DNA of 64,000 bases, taken from NCBI GenBank assembly GCA_964559225.1, contig CAZLGA010000004.1, positions 83-64,082 on the forward strand, given 5' to 3'. The position numbers and the translations under genes are program-made. Positions 31,304-41,092 of the stretch are shown here, piece by piece; position 1 is the first letter of the stretch; each line of letters opens with the position of its first letter. Origin of the DNA: an uncultured bacterium (GTDB lineage: Bacteria; Hydrothermota; Tepidihabitantia; SM23-42; JAOAFX01). The notes beneath the pieces are model-generated. The model had not been told where the DNA came from. It made no database searches and worked only from the letters and a program-made list of their open reading frames with translations.

Positions 31304-32794
31304 TTAATAAACAAATGAACTGCCACCGATGAATTCTCTGAGGATTGAATTTGAAGGGACATCACGGTCATTTAAATCATAAAAAAATGCAAAATAATCA
31401 AGAAGTCTTTTTGCCTCAGGATAAAAGGGGTCTTCTCTATGTAACTTTTTAAGGAGTGGGACACAATATTTTTTCAATACTGCTGATTCGTATATCAGTG
31501 CAGAATTAAACATCTCATCTGCCTCTTCCTGGAATGGGTATATGTTCTGCTCTTCGCCTATTCTCACCCTACCCCACTGTGTCAAAACACCCTGGACCGT
31601 ATAACCACGATAATGTGTATCCCTGACAATCCTGCGCATCATTCTTGTATCAGTCGTTGAAATACGGTTATGGTCATCAATATTTAACTGGGTAAGGGCG
31701 CTTATATATATCTTGAATTTAATGTTTTTAGGAACGAGCGGCGTCAATTCTTCATTCAAACAGTGTATCCCTTCAACCATTACAATCCCGTTTCGTGGTA
31801 ATTTTACATACTTTCCTTTTTCGCGCCTTCCTTTTATAAAATTGAATTTCGGTATTAAAACCTTTTCACCCTTTATAATAGAAAGAAGATGGCTATTTAA
31901 AATGGGTATATCTACTGCCCTTATTGTTTCAAAATCAAGCCTGCCAAATTTATCTTTTGGAGTTTTGCTGTGAGGCAAAAAATAATCATCTGTTGAAATC
32001 AAAATCGGTCTAAAACCATTCACCATTAATTGCACCGCAAGCCTTTTTGTAAATGTTGTCTTTCCCGCACTGCTTGGTCCTGCGATCAATATCACACGCC
32101 TCTTTTCAGATGTGATACGGTCCGCTATGTAAACAATCTTTTTCTCGTGTAGGGCCTCTGCAACCCTTATTATATCCGAACCCTCTCCATTTTTTACAGC
32201 AATGTTTAAATCAGCAATGTCGGTGATACCAAGAATTTGAACCCACTTAAGGTATTCACTAAAGATTCGTGCTAATTTGGGCTGTGGTATGTATGGTGGT
32301 AAGGAATCAAGATTCTGCCAGTTTGGAAATACAATAATAAAACCCGGGGGAAAATTTGTAAGATAAAACTTATCCACCATTCTTGTCCTTTCAAAAGGCG
32401 GATTAGGATAAAAATCAAAATATTTATCAATCTTAAAGACTGTTATTTTATTAATATTTATATGTTTCAAAAGTTTTACCTTATCTTTTTGCCCCTGTCT
32501 TTTAAATAGTCTTATCGCCTCACCTCTTGGCAATAAAAACCTTTGGATTGGTAAATCTGCCCTGATTATTTCGCGCATCTTCAAATCGATTGCAATCAAA
32601 TCCTTATCAATTAAATTCTTATTAAGCAAACAATAAAAACCATGGCTCATTGAGTGTTCAATCCGCAGATTGGAATCAGGAAATAACTTTTTTGTTGCCA
32701 CAAACAGGATAAAAGAAAGGGTTGATTGATAACGCCGCCACTGGTTCAAACAATTTATTTCATCAATGCATTTCCTTTGATTATCCATCTTCAT
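31304..32794 (-). CDS. Uridine kinase/phosphoribulokinase-family P-loop kinase fused to an N-terminal threonyl-tRNA-synthetase editing-like (tRNA_SAD) domain.
   Basis: N-terminal ...LFPDSNLRIEHSMSHGFYCLL...LPIQRFLLPRGEAIRLFK resembles the ThrRS second additional domain with its HxxxH motif. Walker A LIAGPSSAGKTTFTKRL plus the uridine-kinase-like block ...ISTDDYF...VMVEGIHCL. 4-nt overlap with yggS. Confidence 0.55.
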   Translation of the reverse strand: MKMDNQRKCIDEINCLNQWRRYQSTLSFILFVATKKLFPDSNLRIEHSMSHGFYCLLNKNLIDKDLIAIDLKMREIIRADLPIQRFLLPRGEAIRLFKRQGQKDKVKLLKHININKITVFKIDKYFDFYPNPPFERTRMVDKFYLTNFPPGFIIVFPNWQNLDSLPPYIPQPKLARIFSEYLKWVQILGITDIADLNIAVKNGEGSDIIRVAEALHEKKIVYIADRITSEKRRVILIAGPSSAGKTTFTKRLAVQLMVNGFRPILISTDDYFLPHSKTPKDKFGRLDFETIRAVDIPILNSHLLSIIKGEKVLIPKFNFIKGRREKGKYVKLPRNGIVMVEGIHCLNEELTPLVPKNIKFKIYISALTQLNIDDHNRISTTDTRMMRRIVRDTHYRGYTVQGVLTQWGRVRIGEEQNIYPFQEEADEMFNSALIYESAVLKKYCVPLLKKLHREDPFYPEAKRLLDYFAFFYDLNDRDVPSNSILREFIGGSSFVY

Positions 32795-33474
32795 ACCCTT
32801 GGTCCAAAGATAGCAGTTCCAATACGGACCATATTTGAACCTTCTTCTATTGCTACCTCAAAATCAGAAGTCATCCCCATTGACAAAATCGGAAAATCCT
32901 GGTCAAACGCCTGTGCTAATTCATCGCGCAGGTCATGCAATAATCTAAAAGAATTCCTTGATGCCTCAGGGTCGGTTATTGCCCAACCTGGTCCAATCGT
33001 CATCAAGCCTTTTATCCGGATTTTTTTAAAATTTTTTATAGATTCATAAAATTCAAATAACTGTTCGGGTTTGATTCCAAATTTTGTCTGCTCTCCCGAG
33101 GTATTAACCTCAATCAAACAATCAACCGTTCCCCCTGCCCTTTTTTCAATCTCTTTAGCAAGGTTCAACGAATCAAGACTGTGGATAAGGCTAAATATCT
33201 TCAAGGCATCCTTGACTTTATTTGTCTGGAGATGTCCAACCATATGCCACTGTACTTTATTGCCAATTATTGCAAATTTTTCCTTTGCCTCCTGCACCCT
33301 ATTCTCACCAATGATCTCAATACCACAATCAATCGCCTGCAGGATAATATCCGTGGGCACGGTTTTAGACACAGCAACGATTGTTATCTCTTCAGGATTT
33401 CTTCCAACCTTTTCTGCTGACTGTTTTATCCTATCTTTAATCCGGGCGATGTTCTCTTTGATGTCCATATTCAA
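32791..33474 (-). CDS. yggS: YggS-family pyridoxal-phosphate homeostasis protein (alanine-racemase-N fold).
   Basis: VAVSKTVP...IGENRVQEAKEK...WHMVGHLQTNKVK...LIEVNTSGE..KFG...GLMTIGP...LSMGMTSDFEVAIEEGSNMVRIGTAIFG is the canonical YggS/YBL036c pattern, with the PLP Lys in VSKT. Confidence 0.85.
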   Translation of the reverse strand: MNMDIKENIARIKDRIKQSAEKVGRNPEEITIVAVSKTVPTDIILQAIDCGIEIIGENRVQEAKEKFAIIGNKVQWHMVGHLQTNKVKDALKIFSLIHSLDSLNLAKEIEKRAGGTVDCLIEVNTSGEQTKFGIKPEQLFEFYESIKNFKKIRIKGLMTIGPGWAITDPEASRNSFRLLHDLRDELAQAFDQDFPILSMGMTSDFEVAIEEGSNMVRIGTAIFGPRV

Positions 33475-33698
33475 TTATACAAAAACAAATAAAAATGTCA
33501 ATGTCGCTGGATTCTGAGTCTTCCTCATTTTTGAACTCTACAGGAAACAGACAAAAATACCCCATTTCCACTTACGAAATGGATGCCTACCGCCGTTTCT
33601 CACTGAACTATCTCCCCTGAACAATGTCATGCTGAACTTGTTTCAGCATCTCAATATGTTGAGTAGGTTGTTAAACACCTTTTTAGATTCCGAAACAA

Positions 33699-33850
33699 GT
33701 TCGGAATGACAGTAAGTGGTAGTTCGGATTGACAGTAAGGGATGGTTCGGAATGACAGTGAATGATGGTTCGGAACGACAATAAGGGATAGTTCGGGGTG
33801 ACAATAAGTGATACAGTAAGCGATGGTTCGGAATGGAATGATAAGAGGAA
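33699..33850. repeat. Intergenic tandem repeat array with an exact 23-bp period, degenerating to the right.
   Basis: Five consecutive 23-bp units start at 33699, 33722, 33745, 33768 and 33791, then a 12-bp partial unit, then a further unit at 33826. The consensus is GTTCGGAATGACAGTAAGnGATG. GGAATGA-like submotifs continue to ~33890. Confidence 0.75.
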
Positions 33851-34026
33851 TGATTGGGAATGACAAAGAATATAGTATTGGAATGATAAAAGGGAACCGC
33901 ATTTCCACTTACGAAGTGTTATAGGTCTTAACAAGTGAAAAGTGGAGATGACTCAGCGCTGGGTTAAGATTATTTTTGATTTAAATCGTAGGCTTGACCA
34001 ATTCTTATTTTTGGGTATAATGGGCT

Positions 34027-34437
34027 ATGCTATTGATATTTCTATTCCTGCAACTAAATGATGGTTATTTAACCGTCAGAGCGGACAAAGATGGTCTGCC
34101 GATTTATGTGGATGATGATTTTATAGGCAATACCCCAATTATTAAATATCCACTCAAGCCCGATGAATATGATGTTGGATTTTTTCCCCAAGATTCTATT
34201 GAGACTGCATCATACCAGTTTAAAAATGGTAATATTGGTGCACTTTGGCGAATCGCAAAATATGGCGAAGGAGTTGTAAAAGTCACAATAAAACCTAATC
34301 AGGAAACAATAGTAGACCTTAATTATCAAGCAGTGAAATCAGCAGCCGGTAAAGCAAAGGCAAAGGTTTTTGGTTGTCTTGGGGGCGTATTTATTTTAGG
34401 TGTGCTTGCTACACTTGCGGTTCAGTCAGTATTCTGA
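34027..34437 (+). CDS. Small membrane-anchored PEGA-like domain protein (136 aa).
   Basis: GYLTVRADKDGLPIYVDDDFIGNTPIIKYPLKPDEYDV resembles the PEGA domain. The C-terminal hydrophobic helix VFGCLGGVFILGVLATLAV is present. Confidence 0.4.
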   Translation: MLLIFLFLQLNDGYLTVRADKDGLPIYVDDDFIGNTPIIKYPLKPDEYDVGFFPQDSIETASYQFKNGNIGALWRIAKYGEGVVKVTIKPNQETIVDLNYQAVKSAAGKAKAKVFGCLGGVFILGVLATLAVQSVF

Positions 34438-34587
34438 AAAAAATTCTATTTTCCGTTCTTGCTAACTTGCAGAAAGGGAACAAGCACAGATAAAGAGAAT
34501 GGGGTAGCGATTTGAGAAACGCAAAACTTGGTATGCCATCTGTGGCGCTCTTTGTGTTAATTGGACAGGATTTCGGTGGTCTTCAGG

Positions 34588-35352
34588 TTAGTCAAGTTTG
34601 ACAAAAATATCTAAAAGGTTCCCTTCTTTATTAAATATTCTATACTCTTTATTTTGGATTACCTCACATCTCCCATTGTTATCTACTTTCAGCTCAACCC
34701 AACCTCGCTTGCACGAGAAACAAGTGGGGAAAAGATATTCCCAGGTTTTGTTTGTCTTTAAATCAAGAAAATAGATATAATCCCAGAGTTTATTCATATA
34801 GGGTTTTTTGGCATGAAAGAGCATATACCTACGATTTGCCGATAATTCATAATTAATAACAATATCCCACTGTCTCAAATCAATAGTTTTCTTCACCCCG
34901 TTCATATGTATCATCTCCATTATAGGGAATCCATTCAACCTATCCGTATAGAAAACTATTACCATATCTTCAAAAATACTTGCAAGCTCAAAAGAAATTT
35001 TGCGTTCACCGGCTTTAATCCGCGACCAGATTTTGTTTTTGTGCGCATTGTATAATGTAAGTTTTGAAAAGATACTGTCATTTGTGCCAAAAAGTTCTTC
35101 TTCGTAAAAAAGCAAATACTTGTTGTTGGGCGACACCTTTGCTTTGTTTATTCTGGTATACCCGCCAATTTCATCCACACTATCTTTTAAAATCCACTGG
35201 GTAATTAACTTTTCATCTCTAAAGAACTTGATAGTATCACCAGACTGGAAAACCAATGAATTTGTAAATCCCAATCCGCCAAAAGGTGTGGACAAAATCA
35301 AAAATCCAAAACAAATTCCAATGAATGAATAATCTCTGATTCTGAAACTCAT
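34588..35352 (-). CDS. Hypothetical exported protein (254 aa).
   Basis: The ORF has an N-terminal hydrophobic segment. I recognised no motif. Confidence 0.3.
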   Translation of the reverse strand: MSFRIRDYSFIGICFGFLILSTPFGGLGFTNSLVFQSGDTIKFFRDEKLITQWILKDSVDEIGGYTRINKAKVSPNNKYLLFYEEELFGTNDSIFSKLTLYNAHKNKIWSRIKAGERKISFELASIFEDMVIVFYTDRLNGFPIMEMIHMNGVKKTIDLRQWDIVINYELSANRRYMLFHAKKPYMNKLWDYIYFLDLKTNKTWEYLFPTCFSCKRGWVELKVDNNGRCEVIQNKEYRIFNKEGNLLDIFVKLD

Positions 35353-35473
35353 CGTTAACTGTTCCTGCCTCTCATAATTTCAATTACCTTTAATCCTATT
35401 ACCGTGTTATTATAAAAATTTCATAGGACTAAAATTACTAATCCTCGCTATTTTTTGTCAAATATTACTGATA

Positions 35474-36394
35474 TTATGGTGCGGTCAGCGTAAATTTTGC
35501 ATCCAAATATGCACCATCAGTATCTTTCGCACGCACTGATACTGAAAACTTGTCAACATCGCCTGCATTTCCAAAAATCACTCCGGTATTCCTGTCTATC
35601 TTCACCCCTTTTGGTCCATCAAGCAATTCAAATGTTAATTTATCACCATCAGGGTCAATAATAGGAACCTGATAATACAAACTTTCTGGACTCGCCTTTA
35701 TTGATTCACTCTGGCTGCTTAATATCGGAGATGAGTTAGCAATATGCAATTCAAATGTAAAGGGTTCGGACCGTAATTCACCATCAAAGGCATAGGCTGC
35801 ACCAGTGATGACATCCTTCTTGGTGAGATTATATTTTTTTAAATCAAGGATATTTGATGAATCTGGAATTACTTCGTCTTTTACTAACCAATGGACGACC
35901 AATTTTATAGAATCCTTATCCGGGTCCTCAACCATTGCTGATATCTCAACTCTGGGTGTTGTTACAAAAAGAGATTCTGGCGAAACTTTTAGTGAAATTA
36001 TTCTCGGCGGCATTCCACCAATGGTTATTACACCAGTTTTAACAGGTCTTCCCCATTTTTTTCCATCAAAGGGTGTAACCTCAGCAAAAATTTTATCGCC
36101 CTTTTTTGCTTCTTCATATTTTAAAGACATGCCTTCGCCAATCTCTTTGTCGTTCACAAACCATTTGACTCTGTAGGTTAATGGGTCTCCATCAATGTCT
36201 GAGGCTAAAATTCTTACACTTATCTCAGATTCTATGGTTGGGTTTAACGGAAGCAGTGATAATTCGTGTATTTCCGGTGAGCTGTTTTCTTTTATACCTT
36301 CTTCTTTTTTCCCACCACAGCTCATAATAACAACTACAAACGAACACAATGCAACAAGTAGAACTCTTTTTATGCTATTTGTTTTCATTCGCAC
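35474..36394 (-). CDS. Lipoprotein with repeated cadherin-like/putative-Ig (He_PIG-like) domains.
   Basis: Lipobox ...VVVIMSCGG. Three repeats of the D(G/P)D..L.Y/F type (DIDGDPLTYRVKW, DPDKDSIKLVVHW, DPDGDKLTFELLDGPKGVKIDRNTGVI). Confidence 0.5.
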   Translation of the reverse strand: MRMKTNSIKRVLLVALCSFVVVIMSCGGKKEEGIKENSSPEIHELSLLPLNPTIESEISVRILASDIDGDPLTYRVKWFVNDKEIGEGMSLKYEEAKKGDKIFAEVTPFDGKKWGRPVKTGVITIGGMPPRIISLKVSPESLFVTTPRVEISAMVEDPDKDSIKLVVHWLVKDEVIPDSSNILDLKKYNLTKKDVITGAAYAFDGELRSEPFTFELHIANSSPILSSQSESIKASPESLYYQVPIIDPDGDKLTFELLDGPKGVKIDRNTGVIFGNAGDVDKFSVSVRAKDTDGAYLDAKFTLTAP

Positions 36395-36466
36395 CTCAAT
36401 CAGGTGTTATTGTAATTAGAATTCAAGTGAAGTCAAGGGGGCAGGATTACCTGCCCCCTTTTAGCA

Positions 36467-36814
36467 TTACCTATCAACCAGTCTACCGTCTTTTATATCA
36501 CAGAAGTTATGAATTTTGACATAGACATAATGCGCGTATTCAGGTCTAACCCCGTTTTCTGTTAAAGCCTTCTGGAATGGAATCTCATCTTTAATCACAA
36601 GCGATGCTTTAAATGGAAAAGTAATCGTCCGGGAATCAAGTGCAGTATTATTTTCGGTAGTGAATTTACCAGCAGAAAGACCAGGCACATAGATTTTCAG
36701 TCCATCAACAAGCAGAAGTGTATCAGCAGAAACACCGCAAACTACACCCAGCCAAATTTCTTCTGCAATAAGTGGTAGGCATAAAATCATCCCAATTAAA
36801 AGTATTTTCTTCAT
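36467..36814 (-). CDS. Small secreted protein (115 aa) immediately downstream of pilY1, in the position of PilY2.
   Basis: Signal peptide MKKILLIGMILCLPLIA. It sits 10 nt after the pilY1 stop. There is no prepilin motif. Confidence 0.35.
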   Translation of the reverse strand: MKKILLIGMILCLPLIAEEIWLGVVCGVSADTLLLVDGLKIYVPGLSAGKFTTENNTALDSRTITFPFKASLVIKDEIPFQKALTENGVRPEYAHYVYVKIHNFCDIKDGRLVDR

Positions 36815-36824
36815 CTTAACCTCC

Positions 36825-39800
36825 TTATCTTCCTTTCCATAGAATTACGCCACTTCTCGGTAATCCAGGAATTCCAGTTTCTGGTGATACAATACCTCCA
36901 CCCACCTGAATAAATACTTTGGTTTGGTCAGCACCCACATAAAGTGAAGGTTCTGAAGGCATTCCTGGTCCGAGCGAAATATACACCCTATTTGTATCCC
37001 CTTGCTCACCTAAGAACGGTATTGTATATGCAGTTCCGGTCTTATAATATAATGCATAGAGATTTCCAGTACCACCATAGGAACAAATCGCAGCGCTTGG
37101 TCTAAACGAAGTGAAGAGAACAGCACCGCCTATTACAAGCGTAGGGTTTAAAACCCTCTCTCCGGGGCGGTTCAAGAACCGATACCAACCACCTTTTTTC
37201 TCTACCAATGATAAAAGTGAATCAAAAGTAAACTTGCTAGTTCCCATATGCACCGTATCATTAATGTCCACCCAGACATTGGTAGCATTGAATAGCTGGA
37301 GTGGGTCCAAGGTATGCGTCGTATCATCGCGGAAACCTATATATAGATTTGAAGTAGTGGTATCCGCAATATCAAATTCACTGAATAATCTCCCACTACC
37401 AAAATATACCCAGAGTCGGTTATATTCATCAGTAGCAACACTGCCTTCACCCACAATCGGCCTATTTAATCCCATGTTCATCACGGTTACGGTATCCCAT
37501 AGATTAGGATCAGGGCTATTTTTTGTATCAATTCTATGAATCCTACCGTAGTAGTTTGGTGAAGTTCCGAAACAAGTTCCAAAATAGATTCGGTCAACAG
37601 TATAATCTAAACCCCAATCACAGGCAAAGATATTTGTAATAAAGGCATTGGGGTCAGGATAAGTTATCTTTCTTAATAAGACCCCGCTCTTCAGATCCAG
37701 GACGAAAATTCGGGTACTTTGTCCTGATTCGCCACCACAACTTGAAGGGCCAGAACCAATAACTAAATACCATTTTTCTTTCACTTTAACTACTGTTGAA
37801 TAACATACGGTCAATTTAAGGTCCGGAACTCTAAATTCCCACATTGGTTGAGGATTGAACGGGTCAGTAATATCAATCATAAAATAGGCAGACATACAGG
37901 TATCATTGGCAATCGTAATCGGAATACCACCGAGTCTCATGCCCCCAATTAACACCGTACCCCAACCACCAGGATATTTTGCATCAGTAGAGTCAAAGAT
38001 CTTGGCATCAGTGACATAACATCTCAAATCAACAAAGTTTATGTGGCAGAAATAGTACTTCTTGTCCTGTAACCACCTCAAGTACGGTAATAAATTATAA
38101 GGAATATATGCCCATAGTTCCTGACCGATTTCCAATCCTGAACCAGGAAGAAGTCTCATTGGTGTTAAAGGATTAGCCAACCTCTCTGGATAACCGGCAT
38201 TAAATGCATGTAGCATTCCATCATTTGCACCAACATAAACCACCTGGTGTCGGTTCCGATATTGCTCATAGTATCGTGCATAAGACATATCACTGTAGAT
38301 AAAGTCGTATCTCTCCATTGGTGGACCCACAAGGATTGGACCTGAATTGACTATATCGCTCAGCTTCCAGGTATTGCCTTGAACTGTTCTTGACCTTAAT
38401 TTTGATGTATCAATATCACTGCCGCGCACATACTTAATAACCGTATCTGCTGATGCAACAGTATTGACCTTGAGATATGGTCTTAAGATTGTAGCATTAG
38501 CAGGAGTGAAATTGATTATTTCGCCATTATCTACTACTTTGTTTTTATTAAAGTCAACAAATGCCTTTATATTTCTTACATCTGGAGACCGATTAAAGAG
38601 CCACTTGCCACCATCCCAGACAGGGATCATATCTTCTACAGGAATAGCGCCAATTGAATCAGCGCTTGTCACCTGACCATCACCGTCACTATCATAGTAT
38701 CTTGTAACACTAACTCCGGTAGGTGTTGAGCGCATTCTGATAACATAATCATTAATCATATGGAGTACCCGGTCCTGCTGATTATCTTCGCGCAGATTTC
38801 CCTTAGGGTCAAGCCATAAGGTATGGCAGGTGCCGATCCAGTCAACATTTTCCCCGGTTGGGAATATCCTTGTCTGATAAAATTGGGATTGGGTGACAAG
38901 TCCGCCATATTGGGTCCCTGTAGAAACAACCGCAACCGGAGATGCCGAAGAAACCCTGCTCATCATTGCCTTAATCGCCTCCATAATTGCATTCTCCAAT
39001 TCATATCCATCTTCAGCATAAAAATATGTATCAGGTTGTCCATCGTTATCTGCATCCCATTCTGATTGGAGGTCAGGTCGTTTGTTCCCATTTTTGTCAA
39101 TAAAACCACCGAATTTGGAGGCAAGGCGGAGCACATCATTGCTTTCAAAAGCCGCTATTCCAAAAAACCCTATGTTTTGGAAATCTGGAAGGTCGCGGTC
39201 TTTCCATACATTGTATAAAGGATGTCCCATGGGTAAAGCTGTGTCTGGTCTTAAGTCATTAATATTAGCGTAATAAGCCAAGTGAATCAGATAATTACTG
39301 CCTAATTGGGGATAAGTTCCTGGGCCTGGAGGAACACCTGAGCCCGGATAGGCAGCATAACTCCTCAGGTTAGTAGCATTCGGCAGTGTATCAGCCACTG
39401 AATATCCCGGGATATGCAAATCCCTGGTTGGCTCACCATCGGTAATATAAAGCACAAATGACTTACGACAGGGTGTCATCTTATTACGGCCCGCTGGACC
39501 AGGCACGGTCTTATCATAGTAAGGGTCTTTTTCACTTATCGGATTTTTTGTATAATTTGCATTGGAATAAGATGGCGGAGCCTGGGAAAAGTATCTTATC
39601 ATCTCATAATAGGTTTCACCAAGTGGTGTCCAGGTATTAAATACCACATTTCTGATTTGCTGATACATATCTACATAACTCACATCACCTACATATGCCC
39701 CACCTTCAATACGACCGCCATTATAGGCAAAGCTACCCGAACCTTCACTATATCCTTGCCAGGTTCCATTCTCTCCATAATTGAAACAGGCAAGCCCGAA

Positions 39801-40481
39801 TCTGGGCACATTAGGGTCCCATTTGCCATCGTCGTCTTTATCAGCAATCTGTCTCATAATACCACCCCAGGCTCTTCTTGGGATATCAACTTCTACTCTT
39901 TGTGAAGATAAGTTAGGTAGGGGTCCGGTTCCATATCTCGTAATGCTAACAAAAGTAGGACCTGGACTTCCTGAATGAGTTACGGAAATAGCACTATAGT
40001 TGGCGCTGGGATTATTACTTGAACGATAATAAACCGTCCAGGAAAACCTTCCTTCGCTTTCCAATCTAATCGGGTCTGAAGCCGCGCCCCAGGTAGAAGG
40101 TCCCTTGCCGCCGATGAGCACCTTCTTTGCAATATCACCCCTTGACATACATGCCCAGTTCAGAATCCTGCCTGGATATGGTCCTGTTGGTGAAGAGCGA
40201 AAACGATTAGTTGCCCATTCATAATTACTATCAGGATTAAAATAACCATAGTAGCGTTTTGCATCATCAGGCGTACCTTGGGTAATACTCGTTGTTGTAT
40301 ATGCCCTTTCACCCATCGAGCCAGAATTGTCTAAAATTATCAGAATATTGGGCATAGGTGTCTTCCACATAAAAGCAGGAAAGCAGCAATAAGAAGTATC
40401 AATCTGACTAAATCCAAACGAAAACATTACCATCAAGATTAATAAAAGACCCATGCCAGAGATTTTTGTGTTAATAACCAT
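36825..40481 (-). CDS. pilY1: PilY1-like type IV pilus tip adhesin (1218 aa): N-terminal vWA-like domain with a MIDAS motif and a C-terminal beta-propeller.
   Basis: Signal peptide. ILIILDNSGSMGE is the DxSxS MIDAS motif. The size and the position after the fimT-pilV-pilW-pilX genes match pilY1 operons. Confidence 0.7.
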   Translation of the reverse strand: MVINTKISGMGLLLILMVMFSFGFSQIDTSYCCFPAFMWKTPMPNILIILDNSGSMGERAYTTTSITQGTPDDAKRYYGYFNPDSNYEWATNRFRSSPTGPYPGRILNWACMSRGDIAKKVLIGGKGPSTWGAASDPIRLESEGRFSWTVYYRSSNNPSANYSAISVTHSGSPGPTFVSITRYGTGPLPNLSSQRVEVDIPRRAWGGIMRQIADKDDDGKWDPNVPRFGLACFNYGENGTWQGYSEGSGSFAYNGGRIEGGAYVGDVSYVDMYQQIRNVVFNTWTPLGETYYEMIRYFSQAPPSYSNANYTKNPISEKDPYYDKTVPGPAGRNKMTPCRKSFVLYITDGEPTRDLHIPGYSVADTLPNATNLRSYAAYPGSGVPPGPGTYPQLGSNYLIHLAYYANINDLRPDTALPMGHPLYNVWKDRDLPDFQNIGFFGIAAFESNDVLRLASKFGGFIDKNGNKRPDLQSEWDADNDGQPDTYFYAEDGYELENAIMEAIKAMMSRVSSASPVAVVSTGTQYGGLVTQSQFYQTRIFPTGENVDWIGTCHTLWLDPKGNLREDNQQDRVLHMINDYVIRMRSTPTGVSVTRYYDSDGDGQVTSADSIGAIPVEDMIPVWDGGKWLFNRSPDVRNIKAFVDFNKNKVVDNGEIINFTPANATILRPYLKVNTVASADTVIKYVRGSDIDTSKLRSRTVQGNTWKLSDIVNSGPILVGPPMERYDFIYSDMSYARYYEQYRNRHQVVYVGANDGMLHAFNAGYPERLANPLTPMRLLPGSGLEIGQELWAYIPYNLLPYLRWLQDKKYYFCHINFVDLRCYVTDAKIFDSTDAKYPGGWGTVLIGGMRLGGIPITIANDTCMSAYFMIDITDPFNPQPMWEFRVPDLKLTVCYSTVVKVKEKWYLVIGSGPSSCGGESGQSTRIFVLDLKSGVLLRKITYPDPNAFITNIFACDWGLDYTVDRIYFGTCFGTSPNYYGRIHRIDTKNSPDPNLWDTVTVMNMGLNRPIVGEGSVATDEYNRLWVYFGSGRLFSEFDIADTTTSNLYIGFRDDTTHTLDPLQLFNATNVWVDINDTVHMGTSKFTFDSLLSLVEKKGGWYRFLNRPGERVLNPTLVIGGAVLFTSFRPSAAICSYGGTGNLYALYYKTGTAYTIPFLGEQGDTNRVYISLGPGMPSEPSLYVGADQTKVFIQVGGGIVSPETGIPGLPRSGVILWKGR

Positions 40482-40523
40482 TTTATCCTCCTTTCATTGG
40501 CACGATAAATCGTGCGCATAGTA

Positions 40524-41018
40524 TTAATCAGGTTGTGATGAAAAGCGTTGAATAATTTCAAGTCCAACGCGCTCACCACCCCTTGCGATTACTGTCGCAG
40601 TAACATAATAGGTCCTATAACTTCCAGATGCAGGTGTTGCCCCTGGACCAGCAATTGCCCGGGCAAATTTGATTGCGGTCCCGGACATAGTAATTGCTGT
40701 TGCTGATGTTCGCTCTGCAGTTACAATAACATTATAGTTTCCAATCTTAATCTCACTGCTGTCCTTAGGTGGCGCATCAAGAAAGGTATTTAAGCTTTCT
40801 GCCTTTGCCTTTCCTAATTCAAGACCAGCAACCGCAGCCTCATATGCACCTTCATACCTTGCCTGTCCACTCGTCACATTCAGTCCCCGAACAACCAGAT
40901 AGATTACTAATGAACCCACAATCAAAACCACAATCATCGTGCCGAGGGCAACAACTAAGGCAATGCCTTTTTGATAACCTCCCAACATCTTAATCCTTGA
41001 TTTTCTATTCTTTTCCAT
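40524..41018 (-). CDS. PilX-like minor pilin/pilus assembly protein (PilX N-terminal domain).
   Basis: N-terminal TM helix GIALVVALGTMIVVLIVGSLVIYLV followed by ...AAVAGLELGK, typical of the PilX_N family. Its position is between pilW and pilY1. Confidence 0.55.
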   Translation of the reverse strand: MEKNRKSRIKMLGGYQKGIALVVALGTMIVVLIVGSLVIYLVVRGLNVTSGQARYEGAYEAAVAGLELGKAKAESLNTFLDAPPKDSSEIKIGNYNVIVTAERTSATAITMSGTAIKFARAIAGPGATPASGSYRTYYVTATVIARGGERVGLEIIQRFSSQPD

Positions 41019-41092
41019 AACTCCTCCTTAAATTTTTGAAAAGGCACTTACGAATAGAATTTTTTCAATAAATTCTTGACCTCTACCCTTCT

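Noticed and set aside
33651-33934. Two overlapping minus-strand ORFs (85 and 83 aa) with internally repetitive peptides; also considered a CRISPR array.
   Set aside because: The ORFs are translations of a 23-bp DNA tandem repeat, hence the periodic peptide (…HSEPSLTV…) and no start context. The repeats are contiguous with no unique spacers, so they are not CRISPR.
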